A stretch of DNA of 64,000 bases from Verrucomicrobiota bacterium (lineage in GTDB: Bacteria; Verrucomicrobiota; Verrucomicrobiia; Opitutales; Cerasicoccaceae). Of the stretch, positions 41,397 to 54,999 are shown piece after piece; within the stretch, counting starts at the first letter, position 1, and each line of letters opens with the position of its first letter. Both the position numbers and the translations under genes were made by a program. The stretch is from NCBI GenBank assembly GCA_039818205.1, contig JBCBUK010000002.1, positions 192,001-256,000 of the forward strand. The letters are read 5' to 3'. The notes under the pieces are model-generated. The model was not told the DNA's origin and did not search any database. It saw nothing but the letters and a program-made list of their open reading frames with translations.

Positions 41397-42245
41397 TTGT
41401 CGCCGTTTGGCTTGTCGCGAAACTCATACGATTTAACAAAGCACTCAGCCTTGAACGACCGACATTTCAGTAGCTACCCAGTCTTCGGACCAAATGCCGA
41501 TTTGATTGCACCCGAGGAATTGCCCGAGTGGGTGATGATCAATGACGACGATCTCTTGGCGATCGACAAGCCTGGATGGGTGGTTTGCCATCCGTCAAAG
41601 AATGGGCCCTGGTCGAGCCTGGTTGGTGCCTGTCGTGAATGGTCGGGTCTGGAGACCCTTCATTTGATTGCCCGCCTTGATCGTGAGACCAGCGGAGTCG
41701 TGTTGCTGGCCAAGCACAAGGCTGCTGCTCGCAAGCTACAGATCGCGTTTCAGGAGCGAGCCGTTGCCAAGACTTATCATGCGATCCTTGAAGGTGAAAT
41801 GACCGAGCCGATTTCAGTTGATCAGCGTTTGGCGAAGGACTTGGAATCTCCCGTTGCCGCGAAGGTCACGGTTCGCAGATCTAATTCATCTCAACGCGCA
41901 ATTACTCACTTTAACCCATTGGCGATCGGCGGTGGTTACAGCTTGGTGCGTGTCGCTTTGGAGACCGGGCGCAAGCATCAGATCCGAGCGCACGCTGAGT
42001 GGCTTGACCATCGAGTCGCAGGCGACAAAATTTATGGTCCGGACGATACGCTATTCCTTGAGTTTATTGAGCATGGTTGGACCGAACGCCTGGAGGAGCA
42101 CCTTCCGCTGCGTCGCCAGGCCCTGCATTGCACCGAGTTACGATTTGCGGATGGGCTGACGTTTCGCGCACCGTTTGCTTGGGATCTTGCTCAGTTTGCC
42201 AAAGAAAAAATGGGCTTGGAAAGTCTCCCGGACGAGTGCTGCTAG
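41397..42245 (+). CDS. RluA family pseudouridine synthase
   Basis: DKPG...HP, RLDRETSG, TGRKHQIRAH, GD..YG and ALH. Start codon uncertain. Confidence 0.92.
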   Translation: MSPFGLSRNSYDLTKHSALNDRHFSSYPVFGPNADLIAPEELPEWVMINDDDLLAIDKPGWVVCHPSKNGPWSSLVGACREWSGLETLHLIARLDRETSGVVLLAKHKAAARKLQIAFQERAVAKTYHAILEGEMTEPISVDQRLAKDLESPVAAKVTVRRSNSSQRAITHFNPLAIGGGYSLVRVALETGRKHQIRAHAEWLDHRVAGDKIYGPDDTLFLEFIEHGWTERLEEHLPLRRQALHCTELRFADGLTFRAPFAWDLAQFAKEKMGLESLPDECC

Positions 42246-42252
42246 CAGAGCA

Positions 42253-43089
42253 TCAATCATTGTCCGATGAATTCAATCCTCGGACAAACGTTAGAAGTTT
42301 CTCGAGAAAATCATGGGGCTGTTCGAGATGGGCGCAGTGCCCGGCTCTGCGGATGGGTGCTAATTGGCTTTGGGGAGCCAGCGCTGCCATAAGGTCCGCG
42401 ATGTTGGAGAATTTTTTGTCGTTCGTTCCTGCCGTGAACAGGCACGGAATCTTTAGATTGGGCAGGTCTTCCCAGCGGGATGGAATCAATCCGGGGCTCA
42501 GAGCGGTGAGCATATTTGCAATGGCATCGGGAATGTTTTGTCGCCTGCGCTCCTGCATTGGGATGCGAAGGTCGGAGGGAATCGATTGTTGGCTCCGGAT
42601 GATCGGGAGTTGGTTCCACTGTTCAAGGAAGACCTCGATCGGCTGGCGTCGAATTTTTTCCGCGAGGAGGGCATCTGCTTTGCGACGAGTCGCCCGATCG
42701 TCTTCGGATTCGATTCCTGGCGTTGAACCGATCGTGACCAAGGCTCGCCAATATTTTGGAGAATCCAGCGCAGTCTGGATCGCAATGCGACCACCCATCG
42801 AATAGCCCAAAAGTATGGGTAGCTGTTGGGTGTGCTCGACGATCTCGCGTTGTGCGCGCTTGACCGCCGCTAAAAAGTGGCCGAGGAACAAGCCGTTGCG
42901 GATCCCCTCATGTTTCGCGTTGCCTTGTCCGGGCAAATCCAAAGACCACCAGTCCAGGTGTTGAAGGCTCTGTTGGGCGAGCCAGGCAAAGTCCTGAGCG
43001 TCGCCCAAAAAGCCTGGCAACGCTAGGATGGGCGGTTGGCCCGGTGATTCCCAGCGCTGCAAGGTGGATTCGTTGGGCAAGCTGGTCAC
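42253..43089 (-). CDS. MenH-like alpha/beta hydrolase (SHCHC synthase family)
   Basis: PGFLG, DLPG, GYSMGGR, PG....R..R...D, G..D.KF and GHCAH. Confidence 0.75.
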   Translation of the reverse strand: MTSLPNESTLQRWESPGQPPILALPGFLGDAQDFAWLAQQSLQHLDWWSLDLPGQGNAKHEGIRNGLFLGHFLAAVKRAQREIVEHTQQLPILLGYSMGGRIAIQTALDSPKYWRALVTIGSTPGIESEDDRATRRKADALLAEKIRRQPIEVFLEQWNQLPIIRSQQSIPSDLRIPMQERRRQNIPDAIANMLTALSPGLIPSRWEDLPNLKIPCLFTAGTNDKKFSNIADLMAALAPQSQLAPIRRAGHCAHLEQPHDFLEKLLTFVRGLNSSDND

Positions 43090-43092
43090 GCG

Positions 43093-43563
43093 CTAGTCGC
43101 GGACACTTGCTTTTTCGATGACTTGTTTTTGCCGCGGCTTGTCACCCGCATCGGTGTCACAGGCTTCAATCTTCTTCACGATGTCCATTCCGGAGGTCAC
43201 CTTGCCAAAAATCGTGTGGCGCATGTGAAGCCAATCGGTCGGGATGGTGGTGATGAAGAACTGGCTGCCATTGGTTCCGGGGCCAGCATTGGCCATCGCG
43301 AGCAAGCCTGCTTGATCGAACTTTACGTTCGGGTCGCATTCATCCTCAAAGTTACTTCCCCAGAGAGATTCGCCGCCACGACCCGTTCCGGTTGGGTCGC
43401 CGCCCTGGAGCATGAAGTCTTTGATGACGCGGTGAAAGATGATTCCGTCGTAGTAGCCTTTGTTGATCAGGCCGACAAAGTTCTCGCAGGTCTTAGGTGC
43501 CACCTCGGGCATGAGTTCGATTTCAATGGTTCCCTGGTTGGTTTCCAGTACGGCGGTTGGCAT
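43093..43563 (-). CDS. Cyclophilin-type peptidyl-prolyl isomerase
   Basis: FHRVIKDFMLQGGDPTGTG and MANAGPGTNGSQFFIT. Confidence 0.95.
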   Translation of the reverse strand: MPTAVLETNQGTIEIELMPEVAPKTCENFVGLINKGYYDGIIFHRVIKDFMLQGGDPTGTGRGGESLWGSNFEDECDPNVKFDQAGLLAMANAGPGTNGSQFFITTIPTDWLHMRHTIFGKVTSGMDIVKKIEACDTDAGDKPRQKQVIEKASVRD

Positions 43564-43635
43564 TGTGTTTCTTTCGTTAAGGGTGGGTGCGGAAAAAAAT
43601 TAACCGTAAACCTATCGTATTCTATCAGGCGATAG

Positions 43636-44313
43636 CTAAGATTGTTCTTTTTTGTATTCGGCTTCGGCCTTGGTCACGAGCTGGTAGAGGCGTCTGCTCA
43701 TCCAGGCATCGGTCGCCGCATAGATAATCTGTTTTTGATTGAGCGAGCGTCGAGCCCAATTGGATACCTGCGCGCTTTTTGATATTCGCACGCCAAGGAA
43801 CATGCCGATCAAACTGCGCAGCCCGGTTTTCTCGATTCCAAGGCGCCGGCTGATTTCACTGATTTCGACAAAGCCCGCCGGGTCGTAGCGTTCAACGGCT
43901 TGGAGGCGTTTAATGTCGTCGCGAAGCGCCACGCCAACCTTATGACAGTCTTCGTTTTCCAGCAGCGGTTTGATGGGCGCCAAGCCACCAATGCGTTTCA
44001 CCTGGAAAATGTAGGCCTCGTAGTTGGTGGCAAACTGAACAATCGAAGGGGAGTAGCTCTCGCCTTTTTTGAATGCTGGACGCGATTCGGTGTCGAATCC
44101 GAGGACCGTTTCTTTGCGCAGGCGGCTGACGGCCGCTCGCGCAGCCGATGGCGTTGTGATTAAGTGAATCGAGCCCTCAAACCTGCCCAGCGGAAGGCGA
44201 TTAATCTCTTCCTTCGTTATATTGAGGGAGAGGTTGAGGGTTCTTTCGGCGAATGGAAGGTCGCCACTTTGGTCTATACTGGTGTGGGTCAAAACAGGAT
44301 ATGCATTAGTCAA
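43636..44313 (-). CDS. 3'-5' exonuclease (DEDDy, WRN/RNase D-like)
   Basis: GFDTE, KVGV...DD, SNW...L...QI.YAATDA. Confidence 0.88.
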   Translation of the reverse strand: MTNAYPVLTHTSIDQSGDLPFAERTLNLSLNITKEEINRLPLGRFEGSIHLITTPSAARAAVSRLRKETVLGFDTESRPAFKKGESYSPSIVQFATNYEAYIFQVKRIGGLAPIKPLLENEDCHKVGVALRDDIKRLQAVERYDPAGFVEISEISRRLGIEKTGLRSLIGMFLGVRISKSAQVSNWARRSLNQKQIIYAATDAWMSRRLYQLVTKAEAEYKKEQS

Positions 44314-44324
44314 ACTCGGGCGGC

Positions 44325-45311
44325 CTATAATTCGATTTCAAGGCCGTCGTAACAAAGCAGTATTTCTTCTGGGTACTGCGCGTGCCCGAGTTGATCGGCG
44401 GATTCCTGATGATAGATACTACGGTACATAATCGTATTACGGAGGAAATCATCGAGCTGCCAATCGGTATTGATGGGCTCGTGATGGAAAATAGCAAGGC
44501 GTTTAGAACGTGCACGGGCTGCTAATTCGACCCCCATCACATTGCTCGAGTGGCCCCAGCTAGCCTTGGTGAAAGTCGCGTCGGCCATGGTATACTGGGC
44601 ATCGAAAATTACGAGGTCAGCATCGCGGAAGAAATCAACAAACGGGTAGTCCTCTTCGTAGGCCTCATGGGTATGTTCTGAATCAGTAGAAAACACGGCC
44701 GTTTTCCCGTCCTTGCGAAAACGGTAGCCATAGGACTTACCCGGATGATTTTGCTCAATCGAATCAACCTCAAATCCCTCGATCAGGTAGGACGTGAGCG
44801 GAGATTGGACGTCAAAAATGATTTCCGCTGACAAGGCGTCAAACGGAACCGGGAACTCAGGCGCCTTCATCTGATTGCGGAAGGCAGCCTCGCACTCCTC
44901 GTGATAAGTGTGGAAAATGATGCGGTTACCGGGAATGAACGCTGGCACGAAAAAGGGAAAACCTTGGAGGTGATCCCAGTGCAGGTGCGTCATGAAAATG
45001 TGGTAGGTGTTGGGTTTCTTTGCCTCGCCGGTCGTAATCAGATGGTGACCAAGATCCCTGAGACCAGAGCCCGCGTCGCAAATCATGTAGGCGCCTCCTG
45101 GGTTGTCGAACTGGATGCAGGAGGTGTTGGTCCCATAGGTGCCACGAACCGCAAACGGCAACTTGTTATCAATAAACTCGTTGATCCGCGCTTCGGTGGA
45201 CAGGTCCTCGCCATCCGCTGCTTCCAGCGCCCGGAAAACCTTCTCGCGCACCATCTGCGCGTTCATTGGTGCCGGCAGCGATCCTTGCGTTCCCCAAAAT
45301 CGGATTTTCAT
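44325..45311 (-). CDS. MBL-fold metallo-hydrolase (phosphodiesterase-like)
   Basis: MKIRFWGTQGSLP, YG.NTSC, DAGSG, THLHWDHLQG, NHPG, DAQY and WGHS. Confidence 0.88.
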   Translation of the reverse strand: MKIRFWGTQGSLPAPMNAQMVREKVFRALEAADGEDLSTEARINEFIDNKLPFAVRGTYGTNTSCIQFDNPGGAYMICDAGSGLRDLGHHLITTGEAKKPNTYHIFMTHLHWDHLQGFPFFVPAFIPGNRIIFHTYHEECEAAFRNQMKAPEFPVPFDALSAEIIFDVQSPLTSYLIEGFEVDSIEQNHPGKSYGYRFRKDGKTAVFSTDSEHTHEAYEEDYPFVDFFRDADLVIFDAQYTMADATFTKASWGHSSNVMGVELAARARSKRLAIFHHEPINTDWQLDDFLRNTIMYRSIYHQESADQLGHAQYPEEILLCYDGLEIEL

Positions 45312-45495
45312 AACAAGAGATGAGGTCATGGGAAAAGACCCCATTGCTGGCATCATGGCAAGCGTAATGGTTTTGGCGAACATAAATTAATGGAGTTCAA
45401 TCGTTTCCGCCCATCCCTTGACGCTTTTTTTACGTTATTGGGTCGATTTTTCTAGAAATTGTAAATGAGCGCGATGATTTGCAGGGCAAAAATTT

Positions 45496-45963
45496 GTGGT
45501 TTCAGTGGTTGATGTGAAGTTGTCTCCTTGGTGGTTTAGTAAGATGTTTTCGCTGCTCGGCCTGCTCGGCTGGGTTTGTTTTCGTGGATTCCAGAACGAT
45601 TGGCCCAGCGGGATTGTCCTTCTGGGGGCTCAGGTGATCATTGCCGCTGGCGCTCTTTTCAACCTGTTTCATTTTGCGGTCCTAAAGCGGGGAGCGGGAA
45701 ATCTTGGCACACCCTCGATGTTGGTCACTCAGGGGGGGCTCCTTCCGTGGGTGCGCCATCCGATGTATTTGGGTGAATCAGTGCTGGTTTTGGGCTTCGC
45801 GATCCTAGGAACTTCCATGATCTCCAGTATGTTTGCCCTGATGTATATCGTGAGCATCACCCGCTTGTGCCTGGCGGAGGACCGGTCGTGCTCGGCGCAG
45901 TTTCCGGAGTCGTTCGCGAGCTGGGCCCACCGGAGTAAGCGTCTGATTCCAGCTATTTGGTGA
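45496..45963 (+). CDS. Isoprenylcysteine carboxylmethyltransferase / PEMT-family membrane protein
   Basis: LVT.G....VRHPMYLG, ED......F...F..W......LIP and hydrophobic segments. Confidence 0.75.
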   Translation: MVSVVDVKLSPWWFSKMFSLLGLLGWVCFRGFQNDWPSGIVLLGAQVIIAAGALFNLFHFAVLKRGAGNLGTPSMLVTQGGLLPWVRHPMYLGESVLVLGFAILGTSMISSMFALMYIVSITRLCLAEDRSCSAQFPESFASWAHRSKRLIPAIW

Positions 45964-46000
45964 CCGAGTTTGACTTGATCCGTTGGCCTAGCCGCCCAGC

Positions 46001-46411
46001 ATGGTCCGCATGCCTGATCCCGAGATCCTTCATGTGTCGACTGGAAACAAGAGTGCCGTGCAAAAGCTCGGCCCTTATGCGCTCGAGGCAATCATCCCGC
46101 GCGACCAGGAGGTGAGCATGACGGCATTTCGTGTGCGCATCGAACCGAATTCGACCACGTCTGTCAGCTATCATAAGAAGGCCGAAGAACTCTATTACGT
46201 GATCGCCGGTAGTGGCACGGCGCTTCTCGATGGGAAGGAATACCCGCTGAAGGCTGGCGATTTCCTTCGGCTAATCCCGGGAACTCATCATGGCTTTGTG
46301 ACCAAAGACGCGCCGCTCGAAATGTTGGACGTCCATAGCCCAGGTTCCTGGCCCGATCGGGATGTGTATTTCGAAGGCGAGCCGCCTGCCGGATTTTCGA
46401 AGAATTCGTGA
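46001..46411 (+). CDS. Cupin domain protein
   Basis: YH..AEELYYVIAGSG and GD.....PG.HH. Confidence 0.85.
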   Translation: MVRMPDPEILHVSTGNKSAVQKLGPYALEAIIPRDQEVSMTAFRVRIEPNSTTSVSYHKKAEELYYVIAGSGTALLDGKEYPLKAGDFLRLIPGTHHGFVTKDAPLEMLDVHSPGSWPDRDVYFEGEPPAGFSKNS

Positions 46412-47002
46412 CTACTTGAACACCAAGTATTCGAACTTGATGTAGCACAGGTAGTCGTTCGGGCGTCCGCTAAAGCGGATGCTCTTCAAAATATAGGAAT
46501 TGTCTTCGTCGTGATCCAGGATCGTCGCGGGTTTGCCGCTGTCCAAAGCGCTTTCCCGCTTTTCGCGTTCCTTCTCCATTGCTCGTTGACGGGCTTGGCG
46601 TTCCTTCGCCGAGCGTAGGCGCTCCGCGATCATCCGTTCAGCTTTATATCGGGCATCAATTTCGGCCTGGGACATGGTCCGTCCATAGCCGACGGTGACT
46701 TCCTCGAGTGAACGGCGATTCTCTGGGCGGTAGATATCGTGGCGAATCTGAATAACACAGTAATACTCATCGTCCCGGCCACCCAGACCGATGTTCTTGA
46801 GCTGGTAATCGCCGTCAAACGCTTTCCGGTTGGCTTGGTCAAGCACGGCTTCTTCCGCTCGCTGCCGGGTACGTCCGTAATCGATCAACGTTTCCGTGAT
46901 CGTTGTGTTCGGCTGGCGATGCTTGGGCTTCTCCTGCGCGAACAACGGCTCGAATCCAACGAATATAACGAGCACATATAGACTGATCTCCCGCAATCTC
47001 AT
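46412..47002 (-). CDS. Secreted hypothetical protein with an internally duplicated domain
   Basis: Signal-like N-terminus ending LFA|Q, and two copies of YGRT...AE...Y.LK.I...GR...Y.C.I. Confidence 0.65.
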   Translation of the reverse strand: MRLREISLYVLVIFVGFEPLFAQEKPKHRQPNTTITETLIDYGRTRQRAEEAVLDQANRKAFDGDYQLKNIGLGGRDDEYYCVIQIRHDIYRPENRRSLEEVTVGYGRTMSQAEIDARYKAERMIAERLRSAKERQARQRAMEKEREKRESALDSGKPATILDHDEDNSYILKSIRFSGRPNDYLCYIKFEYLVFK

Positions 47003-47220
47003 GATACAACGGCCTATCAGATCGCCACGATCAGTCAATCGCGAGATCAGTTTCACGGTTTTGGCGGCTCGACGGCAAAATTTATTTTTCCTGAAATATT
47101 TCTGAGAAAGGGTTCTCTAATCCATGTAGTTCTTCGTCAAATTAGGGGGTAAATAGGCCCTGGTCTACGGAGAAATTTGAATAGAGCCTACAGGTGTATA
47201 GTAAAGATGTCAAAATTTCA

Positions 47221-47233
47221 TAAGTTATTGATA
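47221..47233 (-). promoter_or_regulatory. IHF-consensus site in the AT-rich region upstream of the multidomain CAZyme
   Basis: The reverse complement TATCAATAACTTA matches WATCAANNNNTTR exactly. Confidence 0.4.
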
Positions 47234-47434
47234 ATTAGTAGGTAAATTATATTTATTTGTTTGGAAATAGGCTTCCCCTTGCTAGCTTGATTTGTATCCC
47301 GAACCTGTGAACAACCTAGCTCTCATATAGCGATGTCCAGAACGACCTAATTTGTGTAAATCCTCGCCCGATATCTTTTGGATAGGTCAGACCATGTATG
47401 GCGACCGACCCAATCGATAACGGGCCCAGCCTGA

Positions 47435-51646
<4,212 letters not shown>

Positions 51647-51695
51647 TTTCTCCTGATACACATTGGACTTGGTGTTTCAGCACCAGGTTACCGTG

Positions 51696-51731
51696 ACCGG
51701 ACGCAGTTTAGGCTGCGTCCGGTTTTTCTTT
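51696..51731 (+). terminator. Rho-independent terminator after the CAZyme gene
   Basis: ACCGGACGCAG/CTGCGTCCGGT stem followed by TTTTCTTT. Confidence 0.85.
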
Positions 51732-51858
51732 GGAAAGGTGGATCTCCCTCGCAGAACGGTTTCCACAACTGGATGTCGCAGTCTAAGGCTTGCCGATTTT
51801 AAGGAATACTAAGACTGCTTTCTCGTCTCCATTGGAGCGTAATTCAAATCGCCTGCGA

Positions 51859-52629
51859 CTATCGGGCAAAGATCGATTGAATGGGCAAACGCATTAGGAG
51901 ATTCCTAAAACGCCTTTCGGCGAGATAGCGCAAGATATTCGCCTTGTGTTGGAGGCGGTTGGGCACTCGATAGTTGGCTGAGTGGCATTTCTTAAGCTGG
52001 TGCGTATCGGCAAGATAGGTGTCCAACGAATGGTCATTGTAGAGGTGCTCGTGAATCCTGACTCCAGGGAGGCCTTCTAGGTTGATGGCGTGTTGGTAGT
52101 CGCTTTGGAAGCCGCGGCTTACATGAATCAAATATTTGGTCTTACCGTTGTATTGGTCGAGCACGCTCCTTAAGTTCATGTATTTCGTAGGCGCTTCCGG
52201 GTTCTCGTCAATCAGGCGTTGGACCCGTTTCATTTGCCTGCGAACCATCAGTTCCTGGTCACTTAGGGCGTCGGGATCTAGGTTGGTGAATGGGGCAATG
52301 GCGACCGCGACATCTGCCTTCAGGAGGTGGCCAAATAATAGGGCAGGAAAGCTACCCGCAGAGCTTCCGGTGGTGATCAATCGCTTGGGAGCAAAGCGTT
52401 TGACCAGGGACTCGATTTCGGCGCGAACTTCGTTGAAGTCCTTTCTCTCGGGAGGAATCCCGAGCAAGGTCATGCAGGTAGACCGGTCGTAGACGAAAAT
52501 CTTGTGGTAACTATCAAATCCGTACGCTCGGCAAAGTTTTTCACGAAACTTCTCGGGGTGGTTGGACTGATTGAGAAAAACAATGACTAGTGTATCGGTG
52601 TTGGTTGAGCCTTTTTCTGCTATGATCAT
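51859..52629 (-). CDS. Hypothetical alpha/beta-hydrolase-like protein
   Basis: TGSSAGS nucleophile-elbow-like motif, with candidate downstream Asp and His residues. Confidence 0.6.
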   Translation of the reverse strand: MIIAEKGSTNTDTLVIVFLNQSNHPEKFREKLCRAYGFDSYHKIFVYDRSTCMTLLGIPPERKDFNEVRAEIESLVKRFAPKRLITTGSSAGSFPALLFGHLLKADVAVAIAPFTNLDPDALSDQELMVRRQMKRVQRLIDENPEAPTKYMNLRSVLDQYNGKTKYLIHVSRGFQSDYQHAINLEGLPGVRIHEHLYNDHSLDTYLADTHQLKKCHSANYRVPNRLQHKANILRYLAERRFRNLLMRLPIQSIFAR

Positions 52630-52710
52630 CGCTTGGGATATACGCTTTCAATTAAACCTCCCTATTAAGGGTATTTCGACGATTTCGGCAAACTGATTTT
52701 TTACATACGT

Positions 52711-53457
52711 TCACCCACGCGATTGCGTGAGAATCAATCCCTGTCGGGCAATGATCGCCAGCATCCAGGCAAAACCGATCACCATGATGATGCGGCCGGC
52801 GAGTAGGACGCCTCGGGCGATGTAGATGTCTTGGTTCATCAAACCGAGATCGCCCAGGATGAATTCCCAGTCGTGCCCGTGGACCTCTTTTCCCGTGCCG
52901 CCGCCCAATAGTTGGAGCTGAAGTGCACGGGCATCGTTGATATAGGGAGCGCAATCGACGGTGCTTTGGCCCAGCCACCAGATTCCGCAGGCGGTTCCAA
53001 AACTGTCGCGGTTTTTAATGAAGAACGCGGCGGCGATGATCAACGGCATCAGCAGCTGGCCAAACGTGCCTCCCAAAACCATTAAGAGGTGGTTACCAAA
53101 AATTCCAAAGATCATATGGCCGGCTTCGTGAAATATCAGATTCACACCATGCATCCACTGCATGGCATCTGGAAGGCGGCGAATCGGCTCAGTCAAAAAG
53201 GGGAGGCTATACCATAGCAACGCTGCCAGTAGGGTCAGTCGACCGATTGCAGCGGGCCAGCTGTCGAGTTTAGGAGCACCGAGAATTCGCTCAACGAGCC
53301 AATGAGGCGTTCCGCCAGCAATGCTATCTCCCGGGCGCTTGGTTTCGATCAGCCGCCCTTGGCACAGCGGACAATTCAACTGCTCTCTCATCGCCTCAAC
53401 CGTTGAGTCTTCAAACTCCCAAGGGTGCTGGCAGGCCGAGCAATTGAAATGGCGCAT
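52711..53457 (-). CDS. Zinc-ribbon + M50-like membrane metalloprotease domain protein
   Basis: CSAC...CPLC N-terminus, NLIFHEAGH (HExxH), HDW and TM segments. Confidence 0.7.
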   Translation of the reverse strand: MRHFNCSACQHPWEFEDSTVEAMREQLNCPLCQGRLIETKRPGDSIAGGTPHWLVERILGAPKLDSWPAAIGRLTLLAALLWYSLPFLTEPIRRLPDAMQWMHGVNLIFHEAGHMIFGIFGNHLLMVLGGTFGQLLMPLIIAAAFFIKNRDSFGTACGIWWLGQSTVDCAPYINDARALQLQLLGGGTGKEVHGHDWEFILGDLGLMNQDIYIARGVLLAGRIIMVIGFAWMLAIIARQGLILTQSRG

Positions 53458-53462
53458 GGGGA

Positions 53463-54767
53463 TCAGTCCTTGTAGATCGGTTCCCCTTCGGATTTGCCAA
53501 TGATCACGGCGGCGCACGTGTCACTAAATACATTCACGCTGGTGCGGCACATGTCGAGCACACGGTCCACCACCCAGACAAGGCCAATGTATTCGGTTGG
53601 GATACCCAGGACGCCCATGATCAAGAAGATAGCAACAATACTCGCCGAGGGGACGCCCGCCACGCCAATCGATGTTGTTAACGCAAGAAAGACGACCAAC
53701 AGTTGCTGGGATAGAGTTAGCGGAACAAAACTCGGGTCGATGACGGCAATGACCTGCGTGACGAAGATGACCACAACACATTCATAAAGCGCGGTACCAT
53801 CCATGTTGACGGTTGCGCCCAATGGCAGGGTGAAGCTTGTTGTGCGTTGCGAAACCTTGGCATCCTTCTCAACGGTATCCATCGTCAGCGGCAGCGTTCC
53901 GGCTGAACTAGCTGTCGAGAACGCCGTCAGGAGAACTTCGGACATGGTTTTCAGGTGCTTCCATGGGCTGAGCTTAAAAAAGGCCAACACACCGCAGAGC
54001 ACAGCCACATGAGTGAGGAGCGCTAGCAAAACGGTGCCTGTAAACTTGGCCAGCGGCAAGACGACGTCCATGCCGAGCTCAACCAGTCGTGGTGTGACGA
54101 GTGCGAAGACACCGATCGGAGCAAACTTCAAGATCAGCTCGGTGATACCGATCATCGTCTTGCTCACCCCTTCCCAGAAATTCAGTTGAGGCTCGCGCCA
54201 TTTGGGCTCCAACCGGCTGACAAAGAATCCGAATAGCACGCTGAAGGTGATCAGGCCAAGAAGGCGACCATTGCTGCTGGAGTTTTCGATGATGTTAGCC
54301 GGAAACATCCGCAGAAAAATATCCCAGATGTCCTGCGAACTTTTTCCCGATACCTTGGATTCAATAACCGCGGCGGCATCGGCATTGGATGCGTTTTCCG
54401 CCATGCGTGCTGCGACCTCCGGAGAGACGCTACCCGGGCTGATGATGTTTACCATGATCAGCCCAATCGTTACGGCCACGGCACCACTGCAAACATAGTA
54501 GAGCAGGGTCTTGAATCCCAGCCGTCGAAAATCCTTTCCTCCACTGAGGGCGGCCATGGCGGCAATGATCGAACTCGCGACCAACGGCACGATGATCATC
54601 TTCAAGGCGTTCATGAAGAGTTTGCCGGTGAAGGTGCAGAACCCAAGTAGATTGCTGCCGAACGATGCATCGGCTCCCCCGGAACTCTTGACGATGACAG
54701 TCGCGATGGCCGAAAGAACGAGGGCGGCAAAGATTTGCCAATGCAGCTTCCACTTAAGGGGGTTCAT
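53463..54767 (-). CDS. Dicarboxylate/amino acid:cation symporter (DAACS, GltP-like)
   Basis: LKMIIVPLV, AFSTASSAGTLP, GATVNMDG, GVAGVP and DRVLDMCRTSVN. Confidence 0.94.
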   Translation of the reverse strand: MNPLKWKLHWQIFAALVLSAIATVIVKSSGGADASFGSNLLGFCTFTGKLFMNALKMIIVPLVASSIIAAMAALSGGKDFRRLGFKTLLYYVCSGAVAVTIGLIMVNIISPGSVSPEVAARMAENASNADAAAVIESKVSGKSSQDIWDIFLRMFPANIIENSSSNGRLLGLITFSVLFGFFVSRLEPKWREPQLNFWEGVSKTMIGITELILKFAPIGVFALVTPRLVELGMDVVLPLAKFTGTVLLALLTHVAVLCGVLAFFKLSPWKHLKTMSEVLLTAFSTASSAGTLPLTMDTVEKDAKVSQRTTSFTLPLGATVNMDGTALYECVVVIFVTQVIAVIDPSFVPLTLSQQLLVVFLALTTSIGVAGVPSASIVAIFLIMGVLGIPTEYIGLVWVVDRVLDMCRTSVNVFSDTCAAVIIGKSEGEPIYKD

Positions 54768-54838
54768 GGGCGTCTAGGCTGAATCACCACCAGCGGTTGT
54801 CAACGGCAAGCTCGGCTCCCGGCCACATTATAAAACCA

Positions 54839-54988
54839 CTAATAAGTCGTGCAGGGTCTCATGTGGAAGAGCTCTTGGTCGCTAATCATATCCGTTGAGG
54901 CGACGTCGGAATATTCGCTCGTGCTCGAGCAGCCCGCGAGAATGAACACGATGATGGCTGCTGATACGATAAAAGCTTTGTTTGGCAA
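54839..54988 (-). CDS. 49-aa predicted lipoprotein (below the ORF-track cutoff)
   Basis: TTG start with AAGGA 8 nt upstream. Translates to MPNKAFIVSAAIIVFILAG-CSSTSEYSDVASTDMISDQELFHMRPCTTY with an LAGC lipobox. Starts 11 nt after the stop of the upstream gene. Confidence 0.65.
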   Translation of the reverse strand: MPNKAFIVSAAIIVFILAGCSSTSEYSDVASTDMISDQELFHMRPCTTY

Positions 54989-54999
54989 AGTCGGTTTCC

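Noticed and set aside
42077..42805. 242-aa + strand ORF
   Set aside because: Overlaps the RluA end and lies antisense to the MenH-like gene, with no recognisable motifs.
47269..47283. Sigma54-like GG...TTGC element upstream of the CAZyme
   Set aside because: The GG-to-GC spacing is 9 nt rather than the required 10.
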